From Gemmatimonadaceae bacterium (GTDB lineage Bacteria > Gemmatimonadota > Gemmatimonadetes > Gemmatimonadales > Gemmatimonadaceae), in the NCBI GenBank assembly GCA_040901985.1, contig JBBDYC010000009.1, positions 184,634 through 248,633 of the forward strand: a stretch of DNA of 64,000 bases, written 5' to 3'. Position 1 is the stretch's first letter. Every line of letters starts with the position of its first letter. Positions 12,507 to 22,350 of this stretch are shown piece by piece. The position numbers and the translations under genes are program-made. A model generated the notes under the pieces. The model searched no databases. It worked only from the letters and a program-made list of their open reading frames with translations, and was not told the origin of the DNA.

Positions 12507-12535
12507 TTGACTTGGGTATCCGTGCCCAATACGTT
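12507..12535 (+). promoter_or_regulatory. Sigma70-type promoter for tRNA-Leu
   Basis: TTGACT-17 nt-TACGTT, about 10 nt before the tRNA. Confidence 0.6.
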
Positions 12536-12545
12536 CCGGCTCTCG

Positions 12546-12629
12546 GCCGAAGTGGTGGAATTGGTAGACGCGCTGCGTTCAGGGCGCAGTGGGCGTAAGC
12601 CCGTGGGGGTTCGAGTCCCCCCTTCGGCA
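12546..12629 (+). tRNA. tRNA-Leu (CAG)
   Basis: GCCGAAG/CTTCGGC acceptor stem, CTGCG-TTCAGGG-CGCAG anticodon arm, long variable arm, GGTTCGAGTCC; no encoded CCA. Confidence 0.96.
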
Positions 12630-12658
12630 CTCTGAACCGCGGGGGACGGGCCGGCGCG

Positions 12659-13222
12659 TCAGCCCTGTCGGAGGACCGACGGCGGCACGTCCTCGGGAAG
12701 CCGCGCCTCGCCGTAGGCCTCGCGCAGGACGGCGGCGGCCTCGTCGGCATAGCGCTCCAGGAGTTCGATGGCGTAGGCGAGCGGCGCGCCGGCCGTCCGC
12801 GCGCCGTCGCTCGCGAAGGCGAGCAGGCACCGCCCCACCGCGTCGGGCGCCGAGACCGGACCGCCGCGCACCTGGAGCGCCTCGCGGTACGCCATCAGGC
12901 GCTCGTTGAACTGCCGTTCGGCGAGGTCTCGCCGGTCGCTCGCGATGTGCGGGTCGGCGGCCAGCGCGTCGGTGTACGTCCGCGCAATCTCCGCCACCGT
13001 CCGGTCATCCAAGGCGTCGCGCTGCGCGACCAGGAGGCCGAGGGCGGCACGCGCGTAGCGAAGCTCCCAGCGCGCGTGGTCGCCATCGCCGTTCGCCGCC
13101 GCGTCCCCCAGCCACGCCACGTCGGCCTCGTCCGGCTCCTGGCGGAGGCGTTCCACCACGCGCTCCGCCTGACGGCGCCGGATGCGCGCCGCGCGCCAGC
13201 TGGCTGTGAACGGCAGCGCCAT
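12659..13222 (-). CDS. Hypothetical protein, probably helical
   Basis: 187-aa ORF starting 11 nt after the Rrf2 stop; protein-like composition. Confidence 0.7.
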   Translation of the reverse strand: MALPFTASWRAARIRRRQAERVVERLRQEPDEADVAWLGDAAANGDGDHARWELRYARAALGLLVAQRDALDDRTVAEIARTYTDALAADPHIASDRRDLAERQFNERLMAYREALQVRGGPVSAPDAVGRCLLAFASDGARTAGAPLAYAIELLERYADEAAAVLREAYGEARLPEDVPPSVLRQG

Positions 13223-13233
13223 CGTCCGGCCGC

Positions 13234-13689
13234 TCAGGCCTGCAGCACGGGAAGCCCGACGCGCTGCCGCACCGCCGACTCCTTGCCCAGCAGGTCGGAA
13301 AGCCGGACCTCCTCGAGCACCTCGTCAATCCGCTTCTGCAACATCACCCAGACCGGCCGGATGCTGCAGTCGCACGACTGCGCGCAGCGCTCCTCGGTCA
13401 AGGGATGCGTCTCGCAGTGGAGGTCGAAGGTCACGAGCTCGGCGGCGGTGATGATCTCCCGTACGCTGATCTCCTCAGCGGTCCGGGCGAGCGCGTACCC
13501 GCCCTTGGCCCCGCGCGTGCTCTGGACGATCCCGGCGCGTCGCAACCGGAGCAGGATCTGCTCGACGTAGTCACCGGGGAGGCGCTCCCGCGCCGCGATG
13601 TCGCGCCCCGTCACCGGCCCCTCCTCCGTCCGCTTGGCGAGGTGGAGGGCGCAAATGACGCCGTATTCGGCCCACGTGGTGATCCGCAT
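13234..13689 (-). CDS. Rrf2-family transcriptional regulator, Cys-containing (IscR/CymR-like)
   Basis: YVEQILLRLRRAGIVQSTRGAKGGYALA; C-x9-C-x3-C-x-C. Confidence 0.93.
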   Translation of the reverse strand: MRITTWAEYGVICALHLAKRTEEGPVTGRDIAARERLPGDYVEQILLRLRRAGIVQSTRGAKGGYALARTAEEISVREIITAAELVTFDLHCETHPLTEERCAQSCDCSIRPVWVMLQKRIDEVLEEVRLSDLLGKESAVRQRVGLPVLQA

Positions 13690-13734
13690 ACTGGAAGATG
13701 TCCCGCGCCGACCTATCGGGACAAGGGCACTCGG

Positions 13735-15144
13735 TTAGCGATCCGCCCCGGGGACACCCGGTTCCGTCAGGCGCCGGAGGTCCAGCAGCTCGTCGGCTTC
13801 GGACGCCGAGAGGAGGCCCTCGCGGACCACGAGGTCGCGGATCGGGACGCCTGTGTCCACGGAGCGCTTGGTGAGCGCCGCCACCGCCGCGTACCCAATC
13901 CGCGGGGCGAGGGCCGTCGCGAGCGCCGCCGACCGCTCCACCCAGTGGGCGAGCATCGGCGGGTTGGCCTGCAGGTCGCGGACGCACCGCTCGTCGAGCA
14001 CGCGGGCGGCATTGCCGAGGATCCGGATCTCGCTCAGCAGGTTGTGCGCCAACACGGGCATCATCACGTTCAGCTCGAGCTGCCCCTGTTCGGCGGCGGC
14101 GGCGACCGTCGCGTCGTGCCCGATCACCTGGAACACAACCTGATTGACCATCTCGGGGATGCTGGGGTTGACCTTTCCCGGCATTATGCTCGACCCCGGT
14201 TGGACGGCGGGGAGCCGCAGCTCGTCGAGCCCGGTGCGCGGTCCGCTGGCGAGCAGCCGCAGGTCGCTGGAGATCTTGCCGAGGTCGAGCGCCAACGTGC
14301 GCCACGCCGCGCTGACCCCGGCGGCGTCCCCCATACTTTGCATCAGCTGCACCCGGTCCGCACCGAGACGGACCGGGAGCCCGGTGAGTGGGCGCAGTGC
14401 CTCGACCATCCGCTCGGCGTAGTCCGGCTGCGCGTTGACGCCGGTCCCGACCGCCGTGCCGCCGATCCCGAGATCGAGCAGGTAATCGGCGGCGTCGCGC
14501 ACACGGCGCGCCCCGCGCTCGAGCGACCCCGCCCAGGCACCGATTTCCTGCCCGAGCCGGATCGGCATCGCATCCTGCAGGTGCGTGCGGCCGGCCTTCA
14601 CGACGTCGTCGAACTCGGCCGCGCGGCGCCGCAGTGTCGCCGCCAATCCGTCCACGCCGGCGAGGGCGGGCACGAGCGCGCCCAACGCGGCGAGTCGGAT
14701 GGCCGTGGGAATCACGTCGTTGGTGGACTGCGCCATGTTGACGTGGTCGTTCGGATGCACGGGCGTGTAGCTGCCGAGCGGCGCGCCGAGCGCGCGATTG
14801 GCAAGGTTCGCCAGCACCTCGTTGACGTTCATGTTGAGCGAGGTGCCGGCCCCCGCCTGGAAGACGTCCACGACGAAGTGGTCGCGGTGCGCGCCGCCCA
14901 CCACCGCGTCGGCGGCGGCGATGATCGCATCGGCGAGCGCCCGATCGAGCCGGCCGGTGGCCGCGTGGACCGACGCCGCCGCGCGCTTGATCCGCACGAC
15001 GGCGTCAATGAACCCGGGGTCGGGTCGCAGCCCGCTGATCGGGAAGTTCGCGACGGCGCGCGCGGTCTGCGCGCCGTAGAGCGCATCGGTCGGGACCCGG
15101 ACCTCGCCGAGGGGGTCCCGCTCGACGCGCGTCGCGTCACTCAC
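13735..15144 (-). CDS. aspA: Aspartate ammonia-lyase (fumarase/aspartase family)
   Basis: FQAGAGTSLNMNVNE, HPNDHVNMAQSTND, GRTHLQDA, GSSIMPGKVNP. Confidence 0.85.
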   Translation of the reverse strand: MSDATRVERDPLGEVRVPTDALYGAQTARAVANFPISGLRPDPGFIDAVVRIKRAAASVHAATGRLDRALADAIIAAADAVVGGAHRDHFVVDVFQAGAGTSLNMNVNEVLANLANRALGAPLGSYTPVHPNDHVNMAQSTNDVIPTAIRLAALGALVPALAGVDGLAATLRRRAAEFDDVVKAGRTHLQDAMPIRLGQEIGAWAGSLERGARRVRDAADYLLDLGIGGTAVGTGVNAQPDYAERMVEALRPLTGLPVRLGADRVQLMQSMGDAAGVSAAWRTLALDLGKISSDLRLLASGPRTGLDELRLPAVQPGSSIMPGKVNPSIPEMVNQVVFQVIGHDATVAAAAEQGQLELNVMMPVLAHNLLSEIRILGNAARVLDERCVRDLQANPPMLAHWVERSAALATALAPRIGYAAVAALTKRSVDTGVPIRDLVVREGLLSASEADELLDLRRLTEPGVPGADR

Positions 15145-15932
15145 GGCGTGGCGAGTCGGATTGGCTGGTCGAAAAACGAGCTCACGGTCAGCTTGGTGCG
15201 CTCGTCAATGACCACCGTGCCCTGCCGCACCCGCTCCACCGCCACGCTCTTGCTGGCCGGGTCCGCGTCCGCCCAGACGTCGGCGTAGATCGCGCCGACC
15301 TCGCCGCTCCCGTCGTCGGCAAAGATGCAGATGATCTCGGTGTTCGGGTCCGGTGATGCCGTGTTCGAGAGGCGCAGACGGAAGACGATCGTCGAGCCGG
15401 GCTCGGTCGCTGCCGTCCAGGTGACGGTCAGGGGCTCGGCGTCCGCCGGGTTACCGACGGGGTCGAAGGTGAAAGGTTCGGCCGTACGGACCTTGACGGT
15501 GGCCGGCGGGAATCCATTCACGTCACCCGGAACGGTCAGCGTCAGCGTATCGCCGGGCGTGTAGGGCACCGATTTCACTCCGACCAGCGAGTACGAAGTG
15601 ATGCCGAGGTCGGTGTTGGCACGGAGCGTGTCGTCGCGCCCGGAGAGCGTGAGGTACACGCCCTCGCCGGCTTCCATCGTGGGCAGGGTCGCGATTGGCG
15701 GTGCAATCGGCGAGTACGGGATGGCGATGCACGTCTCGAGCTCGCCCAAGTCAGCCGAGAGGCCATTGTAGCGATAGAACGCCCCGAGGTACTCCATCGC
15801 GTAGGTCGAGCCGCCGGCGTCAAGCGCCACGGCGGCGACGAATCCGCTCCGCTCGCGCGCAGTGCTGAGTCCGTCGTTGCAGCCGGCAAGCAGAAGGGCG
15901 AGCCCTGAGAGGGCGATTGTGCGGATCGGCAT
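15141..15932 (-). CDS. Hypothetical lipoprotein, beta-rich
   Basis: Lipobox LLLAGC after a hydrophobic stretch; stop overlaps the aspA start. Confidence 0.75.
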   Translation of the reverse strand: MPIRTIALSGLALLLAGCNDGLSTARERSGFVAAVALDAGGSTYAMEYLGAFYRYNGLSADLGELETCIAIPYSPIAPPIATLPTMEAGEGVYLTLSGRDDTLRANTDLGITSYSLVGVKSVPYTPGDTLTLTVPGDVNGFPPATVKVRTAEPFTFDPVGNPADAEPLTVTWTAATEPGSTIVFRLRLSNTASPDPNTEIICIFADDGSGEVGAIYADVWADADPASKSVAVERVRQGTVVIDERTKLTVSSFFDQPIRLATP

Positions 15933-16072
15933 GAGCGGCATAGGGATGAAGGGCGGAGACACTCGAGAAAGATAGCTCGACCCGGGCGGTTCCCGAAGGG
16001 TCCGCACGGCGGCCCAAGGGCCATACCCGCGAACCGCGCCTCAGTGTCACGTCACGCGCTCGGGGCGCGTCT

Positions 16073-16717
16073 CTACCGCTGCAGGATGCGCGCGGCGCCC
16101 GTCAAGAATGGGTTGGTCCGCCGTTCGCGTTCGAGCGTCGTCTCCGGACCGTGCCCCGGATGCACCACGGTGCCCTCCGGCAGCGCCGCCAGCCGTGCCA
16201 GCGAGCGCTCCATCGCCGCCGGATCGCAGAGCGGAAGGTCGGTGCGCCCGATGGACCCGGCAAAGAGCACGTCGCCGCTGAAGCAGTGGCCGCCGCCGAC
16301 GAACGCCACGTGTCCCGGCGCGTGACCCGGCAGGTGGAGGACGTCGAACGCGAGGTCGCCGAACGCGAGGACGTCGCCCTCGCCGAGCGGCCGGTCCGGT
16401 GGCGGGGGCGCGTCGAACGACACCCCGTACGCGGCGGCGATCCGCGGCGCGTGCTCGAACAGCGGCGCGTCGGCGGGGTGCGCGTACACCGGCGCGTCGG
16501 GCCACGCCGCCTTCACGCCGGCGAGACCGCCGATGTGGTCAATGTGCCCGTGGGTGATCCAGACCGCCGTCACCCGCGCGCCCAGCCGGTCAATCTCCGC
16601 GCACAGGCGCGCCGCCTCGTCGCCCGGGTCCACCACCACCACCTCACCGCGCGCCGGGTCGTGCAGGAACCAGGTGTTCTCCTCGAACGCGCCGACGGTC
16701 AGCGCGTGGACCTTCAT
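16073..16717 (-). CDS. MBL-fold metallo-hydrolase (glyoxalase II/YcbL-like)
   Basis: THGHIDHIG, PGHAPGH, GDVLF, PGHGP. Confidence 0.93.
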   Translation of the reverse strand: MKVHALTVGAFEENTWFLHDPARGEVVVVDPGDEAARLCAEIDRLGARVTAVWITHGHIDHIGGLAGVKAAWPDAPVYAHPADAPLFEHAPRIAAAYGVSFDAPPPPDRPLGEGDVLAFGDLAFDVLHLPGHAPGHVAFVGGGHCFSGDVLFAGSIGRTDLPLCDPAAMERSLARLAALPEGTVVHPGHGPETTLERERRTNPFLTGAARILQR

Positions 16718-17703
16718 CCCGTCGCCGCCCCGGTGAGCATCGGCACCGCGGTCGGCAGCGGCTGGCCATTCTTGCGCGCCGTCAGGTACTTCTCGACCGC
16801 GATCGCCGCGGTCGTCGCGTCGCCCACCGCCGTGGTGACCTGCCGGGTGAGCTGCACGCGCACGTCCCCGGCGGCGAAGAGCCCCGGCACCGAGGTCTGC
16901 ATGCTCGCGTCGGTGAGCAAATAGCCCGTCGCGTCGTGCGTGACGTGCTCCTTGATGATCCCGGTGTTGGGGGTGAATCCGACAAAGATGAAGATCCCCG
17001 TCGCGGCAAGGTCGGACGACGCCCCGGACTTGAGGTTCCGCACCCGCGCGTGCGTCATCAGGCCGTCCTTGCCGACAATCTCGTCCACCACGGTGTCCCA
17101 GACCACCTCGATCTTCGGGTTCGCGAAGACGCGCTGCTGGATGATCTTCGAGGCGCGGAACTCATCGCGCCGATGCACGAGGTGGACCTTGGTGGCAAAG
17201 CGCGTGAGGAAGTCGGCCTCCTCGCACGCCGCGTCGCCGCCGCCGACGACGGCGATCGTCTGGTCCTTGAAGAAGGCGCCGTCGCAGATCGCGCAGTACG
17301 AGACCCCCTTGCCCGCGTACTCCAGCTCGCCGGGCACGCCGAGCTTCACCGGCGTCCCGCCGGCGGTCACGATCACCGCCGGTGCGCGATATACGTCGCC
17401 GTTCTCGGCGGTCACCGCGAAGGTCCCATCGGCGCCCTTCACGATGGAGACGACCGGCGTCGAGGTACGGATCTCGGCGCCGAACTTCTCGGCGTGCGTC
17501 TGGAACTTGGTGGCCAGTTCGTGGCCGAGGATGTGCTCGAACCCGATGTAGTCCTCGATGACCTCGGTGTTGAGCAGCTCGCCGCCGGGAAAGCCGCGCT
17601 CCAGGACCACGGCGCGCAGCATCGCGCGGCCGGCGTAGAGGCCGGCACACATTCCGGCCGGTCCGGCGCCGATGATCACCACCTCAAAGTCGTGCGTCGC
17701 CAA
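16714..17703 (-). CDS. trxB: Thioredoxin reductase
   Basis: GAGPAG, SYCAICDG, GGGDAA, HRRDEFRA, AAGD; start placed at TTG 17703 (GGAG 6 nt upstream). Confidence 0.95.
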   Translation of the reverse strand: MATHDFEVVIIGAGPAGMCAGLYAGRAMLRAVVLERGFPGGELLNTEVIEDYIGFEHILGHELATKFQTHAEKFGAEIRTSTPVVSIVKGADGTFAVTAENGDVYRAPAVIVTAGGTPVKLGVPGELEYAGKGVSYCAICDGAFFKDQTIAVVGGGDAACEEADFLTRFATKVHLVHRRDEFRASKIIQQRVFANPKIEVVWDTVVDEIVGKDGLMTHARVRNLKSGASSDLAATGIFIFVGFTPNTGIIKEHVTHDATGYLLTDASMQTSVPGLFAAGDVRVQLTRQVTTAVGDATTAAIAVEKYLTARKNGQPLPTAVPMLTGAATG

Positions 17704-17802
17704 CTCGCGCTCCGTTTCGTCGTCAGGTCGAGGCAATCTAGGCGCCGGTCACGGGGGACACCACGGGCCGCGCCACCAACCCACCTCAGGGGAGCAATCG
17801 GG

Positions 17803-18591
17803 TCAGGGCGCGGCGAGTTCCAGCACGGTGAGCGCGCCGTGGCAATGGGACACGGTGCCGATGAGGACCTCGGCCGCGCGTGTCGCCGCGACGGACGCCA
17901 CGAGGGCATCGGCGGCGACGACCGCCGCGACGTCGAACATCCCGACACCATAGGCGCGGTGCTCGCAATGAAAGAGTGCCGGGCCGTCGAGGCGGCGTCC
18001 CCGCAACCGCTCGGTCTCGACAAAGGCGCGGATGGTGGGCGGCAGACTCCACGCGCGCGGTCCGCGCGTGTGCGGACAGGTGCGCGGCTCGACGCAGTTG
18101 ATCGGACACTCCCAGGTGGCGAAGCTCACGTAGTGCGTGCCGTCGTCGCCGGCGCGCTGCCACGGCACGTCCACCGCGCCGTCGAGCGGCTGGAGGCGCA
18201 GCGCGCGTCCCGGCCACCGCGCGCGGGCGCGCGACACCACCCAGTGGCTCATCAGGTGCGGCATCAGCGGCGACGGGACGATCGCGTCGGCGGCGCTCGC
18301 CTCGTGCGTCACGACCGCAGCGGCGGCAGTGGCGGCCGCGGCCGCGGCGAGATACTCCGCGAAGAAGCTGCCCCACTCACGCGTCACCATCGTCAGGCCC
18401 TCGGCGTCCGCGGCAATCGCACTGTCGGGATTGCGGTCCACGACGACCAGCCGCCGCCAGGTCAGCGCGCCGGCCTCGCGTGCCCGCCGCAGCTGGCGCA
18501 CGTAGTAGGACCCGTAGCAGCCGCCGCCGACCACGACGATGTCGCCGTACGCCTGCGGGGCGGACCCCTCAAGGCCGGACACGACGGCCAC
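17803..18591 (-). CDS. Uncharacterised protein with Rossmann-like N-terminus and Cys/His motifs
   Basis: VVVGGGCYG, CPINCVEPRTC, HCEH, SHCHG. Confidence 0.75.
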   Translation of the reverse strand: MAVVSGLEGSAPQAYGDIVVVGGGCYGSYYVRQLRRAREAGALTWRRLVVVDRNPDSAIAADAEGLTMVTREWGSFFAEYLAAAAAATAAAAVVTHEASAADAIVPSPLMPHLMSHWVVSRARARWPGRALRLQPLDGAVDVPWQRAGDDGTHYVSFATWECPINCVEPRTCPHTRGPRAWSLPPTIRAFVETERLRGRRLDGPALFHCEHRAYGVGMFDVAAVVAADALVASVAATRAAEVLIGTVSHCHGALTVLELAAP

Positions 18592-19312
18592 CGTCCACGA
18601 AGAGCGTCTCGCCGGTTACGTACCCCGCGTCGGCGAGGTAGGCCACCGCCTCGGCCACGTCCTGCGGCGCGCCGAGCCGCCTCAGCGGCGTGTCGGCGGC
18701 GAAGCGCGCCGCAAACGCGGCATCGCTCCCCTCCGGCGCGAGCACGAAGCCCGGCGCGACCGCATTCACCCGGATCGCCGGCGCGAGGGCGGCGGCGAGA
18801 TGCCGCGTCATCGCGATCACGCCCGCCTTGGCGATGCCGTGGACGGCGTAGTCCGGCCAGGGCTCGAGGGCCATATGGTCGGCGATGTTCACGATCGCGC
18901 TCCCGGCCGGCATCACCTTGGCCGCCGCCTGCGCCAGCAACAGCGGGGCGCGCAGGTTGAGCGCCACGATGGCGTCGAAGGTCCCCGCCGTCATCGTGCC
19001 GACCGGCGTCCGTACCATTCCGGCGGCGGAGTTCACGAGCAGGTCGAGCCGCCCGAACGCCGCCTGCGCGTCGGCGACGAGCGGCTCGATTGCGGCCGGA
19101 TCCCGCAGGTCCGCCTGCTGCGCGACCGCGGCGCCGCCCGCACGCACGATGCCCTGCACGGCCTCCGCCGCGCCGGCTCCAGAGCCGAAGTAGTGCACGA
19201 CGATCCGCCACCCGCGCGCGGCGAGCACCTCGGCAATCACGCGGCCGACGCGCTGGCCCGCCCCGGTCACCAGCGCCACCCGGCCCGGGCTGGATGCCAC
19301 CGTGGCGCTCAC
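18569..19312 (-). CDS. SDR oxidoreductase, pteridine reductase/FolM-like
   Basis: TGAGQRVG, NSA, NIAD, YAVHGIAK, VNAVAPG. Confidence 0.85.
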   Translation of the reverse strand: MSATVASSPGRVALVTGAGQRVGRVIAEVLAARGWRIVVHYFGSGAGAAEAVQGIVRAGGAAVAQQADLRDPAAIEPLVADAQAAFGRLDLLVNSAAGMVRTPVGTMTAGTFDAIVALNLRAPLLLAQAAAKVMPAGSAIVNIADHMALEPWPDYAVHGIAKAGVIAMTRHLAAALAPAIRVNAVAPGFVLAPEGSDAAFAARFAADTPLRRLGAPQDVAEAVAYLADAGYVTGETLFVDGGRRVRP

Positions 19313-20175
19313 GCCGCCGCCTCGCCGCGCACCACGCGCACCCGCGCGTCCTGCCGGTCGAGCCAGGCCAGCGGCACCTGCAGGGCGCCGAGGGTTCGCC
19401 CGCCCTGCATCGCGCCGTGCCAGTCGGAGCCGCCGCTCGGCACGAGGCCCAGGTGGTCCGCCAGCGCGCCGAGGCGATGGCGGTCGTCCGCCGAGTGGCT
19501 CGGGTGGAGCACCTCGAGCCCGTCGAGGCCCACCGCGACCAGGGCCTCGAGCCACTCGCGGCGCCCCTCGGCGCCCGGATGGGCGAGCACGGCAATCCCG
19601 CCCGTGCGATGGATCAGCGCGATCCCATCGGCGATCTCCAGCCGCTCCTTGTCCACGTACGCCGGACGGCCGGCGCCGAGGAACCGATCGAACGCCTCGC
19701 GCGAATCGCGCACGAAGCCCCCGGCAATCAGCGCCTTGGCCACGTGGGGGCGCCCGAGCGCGGCGTCGCCGGCGATCGCCATCACCGCCTGCATCGTGAG
19801 CGGCACGCCGATCCCGTTGAGCCGCGCGACAATCGCCACCGCGCGCGAACGACGGTGACCGCGATAGACCTCCAGTTCGGCCTGCAACAGCGCGACATCG
19901 CGGATGTGGAGCCCCAGCAGATGCACCTCGGTCGCGCCCTGATGGACACTCAGCTCGACGCCGGGGACGAGCCGGATGCCGAGCGCGTCGGCGGTCCGCT
20001 GCGCCTCGGCGATGCCCGCCAGCGTGTCGTGGTCGGTGAGGGCGAATGCGGTGACGCCGGCCGCGTGCGCCGCCGTGACGGCAAAGGCCGGACTCTGGGA
20101 CCCGTCAGACGCGGTCGAGTGCGCGTGCAGGTCCACGTGGGGGGGGCCGCCCGCCGCCCCCGGGACGATGCTCAC
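19309..20175 (-). CDS. PHP-domain phosphoesterase (TrpH/YciV-like)
   Basis: DLHAHSTASDG, TDHD, GVELS, HLLG, LAHP, GGSDWH. Confidence 0.92.
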   Translation of the reverse strand: MSIVPGAAGGPPHVDLHAHSTASDGSQSPAFAVTAAHAAGVTAFALTDHDTLAGIAEAQRTADALGIRLVPGVELSVHQGATEVHLLGLHIRDVALLQAELEVYRGHRRSRAVAIVARLNGIGVPLTMQAVMAIAGDAALGRPHVAKALIAGGFVRDSREAFDRFLGAGRPAYVDKERLEIADGIALIHRTGGIAVLAHPGAEGRREWLEALVAVGLDGLEVLHPSHSADDRHRLGALADHLGLVPSGGSDWHGAMQGGRTLGALQVPLAWLDRQDARVRVVRGEAAA

Positions 20176-20438
20176 GGCGCGTAGCCGGCCTCAGGCGAGG
20201 AGACGCTCGGCTGCGAGGTCTCGAAGAGGCGGCGCAGGTCGGCGTCGGTGAGCTCGGCCAGCGCCTGCTCGCGCGACCGCGTGCCCCACGGCGTGTAGCG
20301 GCACACCCGCACCTCGCGCCGGTCCGCCACGCCGTGCACGAAGATCAGCCCGAACTCGTCGGCGTCGTACTGCGTCAGGTAGCCGGAGGGATAGACCTGC
20401 CAAAGGCGACCGTCGAGGTCGAGGCGTCTGGTCGGCAT
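20172..20438 (-). CDS. Small hypothetical protein (88 aa)
   Basis: MPTRRLDLDGRLWQVYPSG...; overlaps both neighbours' start/stop codons. Confidence 0.7.
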   Translation of the reverse strand: MPTRRLDLDGRLWQVYPSGYLTQYDADEFGLIFVHGVADRREVRVCRYTPWGTRSREQALAELTDADLRRLFETSQPSVSSPEAGYAP

Positions 20439-20698
20439 CAGGAGAGCTCCACGATGGTGTAGATGCGCGTCGGGTCGAGGATCGGGTCCGGCGCGGCCGC
20501 GTGCGCGGCAGTCAGGGTCTGGGCGGTGTCGGCCTCGCAGAACTCGACAAACGCGCCCGCGAGCGCCTGCTCCTCGAACGCCCAGAACCGGCAACCCATC
20601 GCCGTGTAGTGGGCGTCCTTGGCGCGCAGCCGCTCGAGGAACTTCGCGCGGTCCAGCGGAGGCACTACCGTGCGATGGATCGTCAGGGAGCGTGGCAT
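20438..20698 (-). CDS. Small hypothetical protein (86 aa), possibly a dimeric alpha/beta barrel
   Basis: TGATG coupling at both ends; beta-alpha-beta-beta pattern is inference. Confidence 0.7.
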   Translation of the reverse strand: MPRSLTIHRTVVPPLDRAKFLERLRAKDAHYTAMGCRFWAFEEQALAGAFVEFCEADTAQTLTAAHAAAPDPILDPTRIYTIVELS

Positions 20699-22017
20699 CA
20701 GTCGGTCACCGACTCGAGCGTCCGCTTGAGGTCGGCCATGAAGCGGTCGGCATCGGCGCCGTCCACCACGCGATGGTCGAAGCTGATGGAGAAGTAGGCA
20801 CAGGTTCGGATGGCAATCGTGTCCTCGCCCTCGGGCCCGGTGATGACCTTCGGCCGCTTCTCGATCGCGCCGAGGCAGAGGATCGCGGTCGTGCCGACCG
20901 GGATGATCGGCGTGCCCGTCAACGACCCAAAGACGCCGGGATTCGTGATGGTGAAGGTCGCGTCCTGCACCTCGGTCGGATTGAGCTTCTTGGTGCGCGC
21001 GCGCAAGGCGAGGTCGTTGGCGCTGCGGAGGACGCCGGTCAGGTTGAGGCCGTCGGCGTCCTTGATCACCGGGACGATCAGCCCGGTCGGCTCGAGCGCC
21101 ACCGCGATCCCGATGTTGTAGCGCTTGCGGAAGATGATGTCGGTGCCGCTCACCGTCGCATTCAGGACGGGGTGGCGCCGGAGAGTCTCGACCACCGCGC
21201 GGATGATGAACGGCAGGAAGGTCAGCTTCTGGCCGGTCTGCGCCTCGAGGTCAGCGCGCATCTGCGCGCGCAGCCGGGCGATCCGGGTGAGGTCAATCTC
21301 GAAGAAACTGGTGACGTGGGCCGCCACCTGCGTGGCCTGCCGCATATGGTCGGCGGTCAGGCGACGGATTTTCGACATCGGCTCGACGGTGTCGCCGGGC
21401 CAGGCGGTGAAGACCGGGTCGCCCTGGTGCCCGACCGGGGTGATGAGCGCCCCTGGGAGCCCGACCGGCATCGTTCCCGGCGACCGGACGACGCCGGCGC
21501 CCGGGCCCTGCTCGAGATAATCCACGAGGTCGCGCTTGGTCACGCGGCCGGCGATGCCGCTCCCCGAGAGCGCGGTGATGTCCACGCCGGCCTCGGCGGC
21601 CATCCGGCGCACGAGCGGCGACGACTTGGTGCGGATCCGCTCCTCGAACGAACTGCCGTTGCCAGCCGGGCGCGCGGAGGTCGGCGCGGCAGATGCGCTC
21701 GGCGGTTTCGCCGACGGTGCGGGTGCCGATGCGGCTGCCGGCGCGGCCGACGGCGCGGGTGCCAAGGCCGCGCCCTTCTCCGTCTCGATCCGCGCGACAA
21801 TCGCGTTCACCGGCACCGTGACGCCCTCGGTCACGAGAATCTCCGCGAGCACGCCGGCCGACGGCGCCGGGATCTCCGCGTCCACCTTGTCCGTGGAGAT
21901 CTCGAAGATCGGCTCGTCGCGCTTCACCTCGTCGCCGACCTTCTTGAGCCAGCGCGCGAGCGTGCCTTCCGCAATGGACTCGCCCATCTGGGGCATGATC
22001 ACGTCAACTCGGGCCAC
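20698..22017 (-). CDS. 2-oxoacid dehydrogenase E2 (dihydrolipoamide acyltransferase)
   Basis: Lipoyl motif EISTDKVDAE, E3-binding SPLVRR...GRVTKRD, catalytic FDHRVVDG. Confidence 0.95.
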   Translation of the reverse strand: MARVDVIMPQMGESIAEGTLARWLKKVGDEVKRDEPIFEISTDKVDAEIPAPSAGVLAEILVTEGVTVPVNAIVARIETEKGAALAPAPSAAPAAASAPAPSAKPPSASAAPTSARPAGNGSSFEERIRTKSSPLVRRMAAEAGVDITALSGSGIAGRVTKRDLVDYLEQGPGAGVVRSPGTMPVGLPGALITPVGHQGDPVFTAWPGDTVEPMSKIRRLTADHMRQATQVAAHVTSFFEIDLTRIARLRAQMRADLEAQTGQKLTFLPFIIRAVVETLRRHPVLNATVSGTDIIFRKRYNIGIAVALEPTGLIVPVIKDADGLNLTGVLRSANDLALRARTKKLNPTEVQDATFTITNPGVFGSLTGTPIIPVGTTAILCLGAIEKRPKVITGPEGEDTIAIRTCAYFSISFDHRVVDGADADRFMADLKRTLESVTD

Positions 22018-22031
22018 GGCACTACCCTCGG

Positions 22032-22316
22032 TCAGATCTTGTCGTCAGGGGTTCCGGCGTGGTCCGCCGGGGGGCGGCGGAGCGCGGAGACCACGAGCCA
22101 CGGCAGGGTCAGGGCGCCGAGCGCCCCCCCGACCGCCGCATAAATGTACCAGTCGCACGACGGAATGCCGTCACAGGTCGGCGCCTTGGTCAGCCAGGCC
22201 ACCATCTTCGACAGCAGGACCGCCGTCATCGCCCCGGAGAAGCCCCCGATCCAGGTCATGAAGCAGCCGATCGCAAGGACGCGGCCGCGCGACGGCGGGC
22301 TCGGATGCTCGGTCAC
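22032..22316 (-). CDS. Small two-TM hypothetical membrane protein
   Basis: Two hydrophobic segments joined by a CDGIPSC loop. Confidence 0.65.
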   Translation of the reverse strand: MTEHPSPPSRGRVLAIGCFMTWIGGFSGAMTAVLLSKMVAWLTKAPTCDGIPSCDWYIYAAVGGALGALTLPWLVVSALRRPPADHAGTPDDKI

Positions 22317-22350
22317 GCGCGCGTCGGCGGGCTGCCTCTCCCGGGAGGCA

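Noticed and set aside
12546..12660. tRNA-Leu or smpB as an island integration site; tmRNA nearby
   Set aside because: No integrase, no duplicated tRNA 3' end, no obvious composition shift; no tmRNA recognised.
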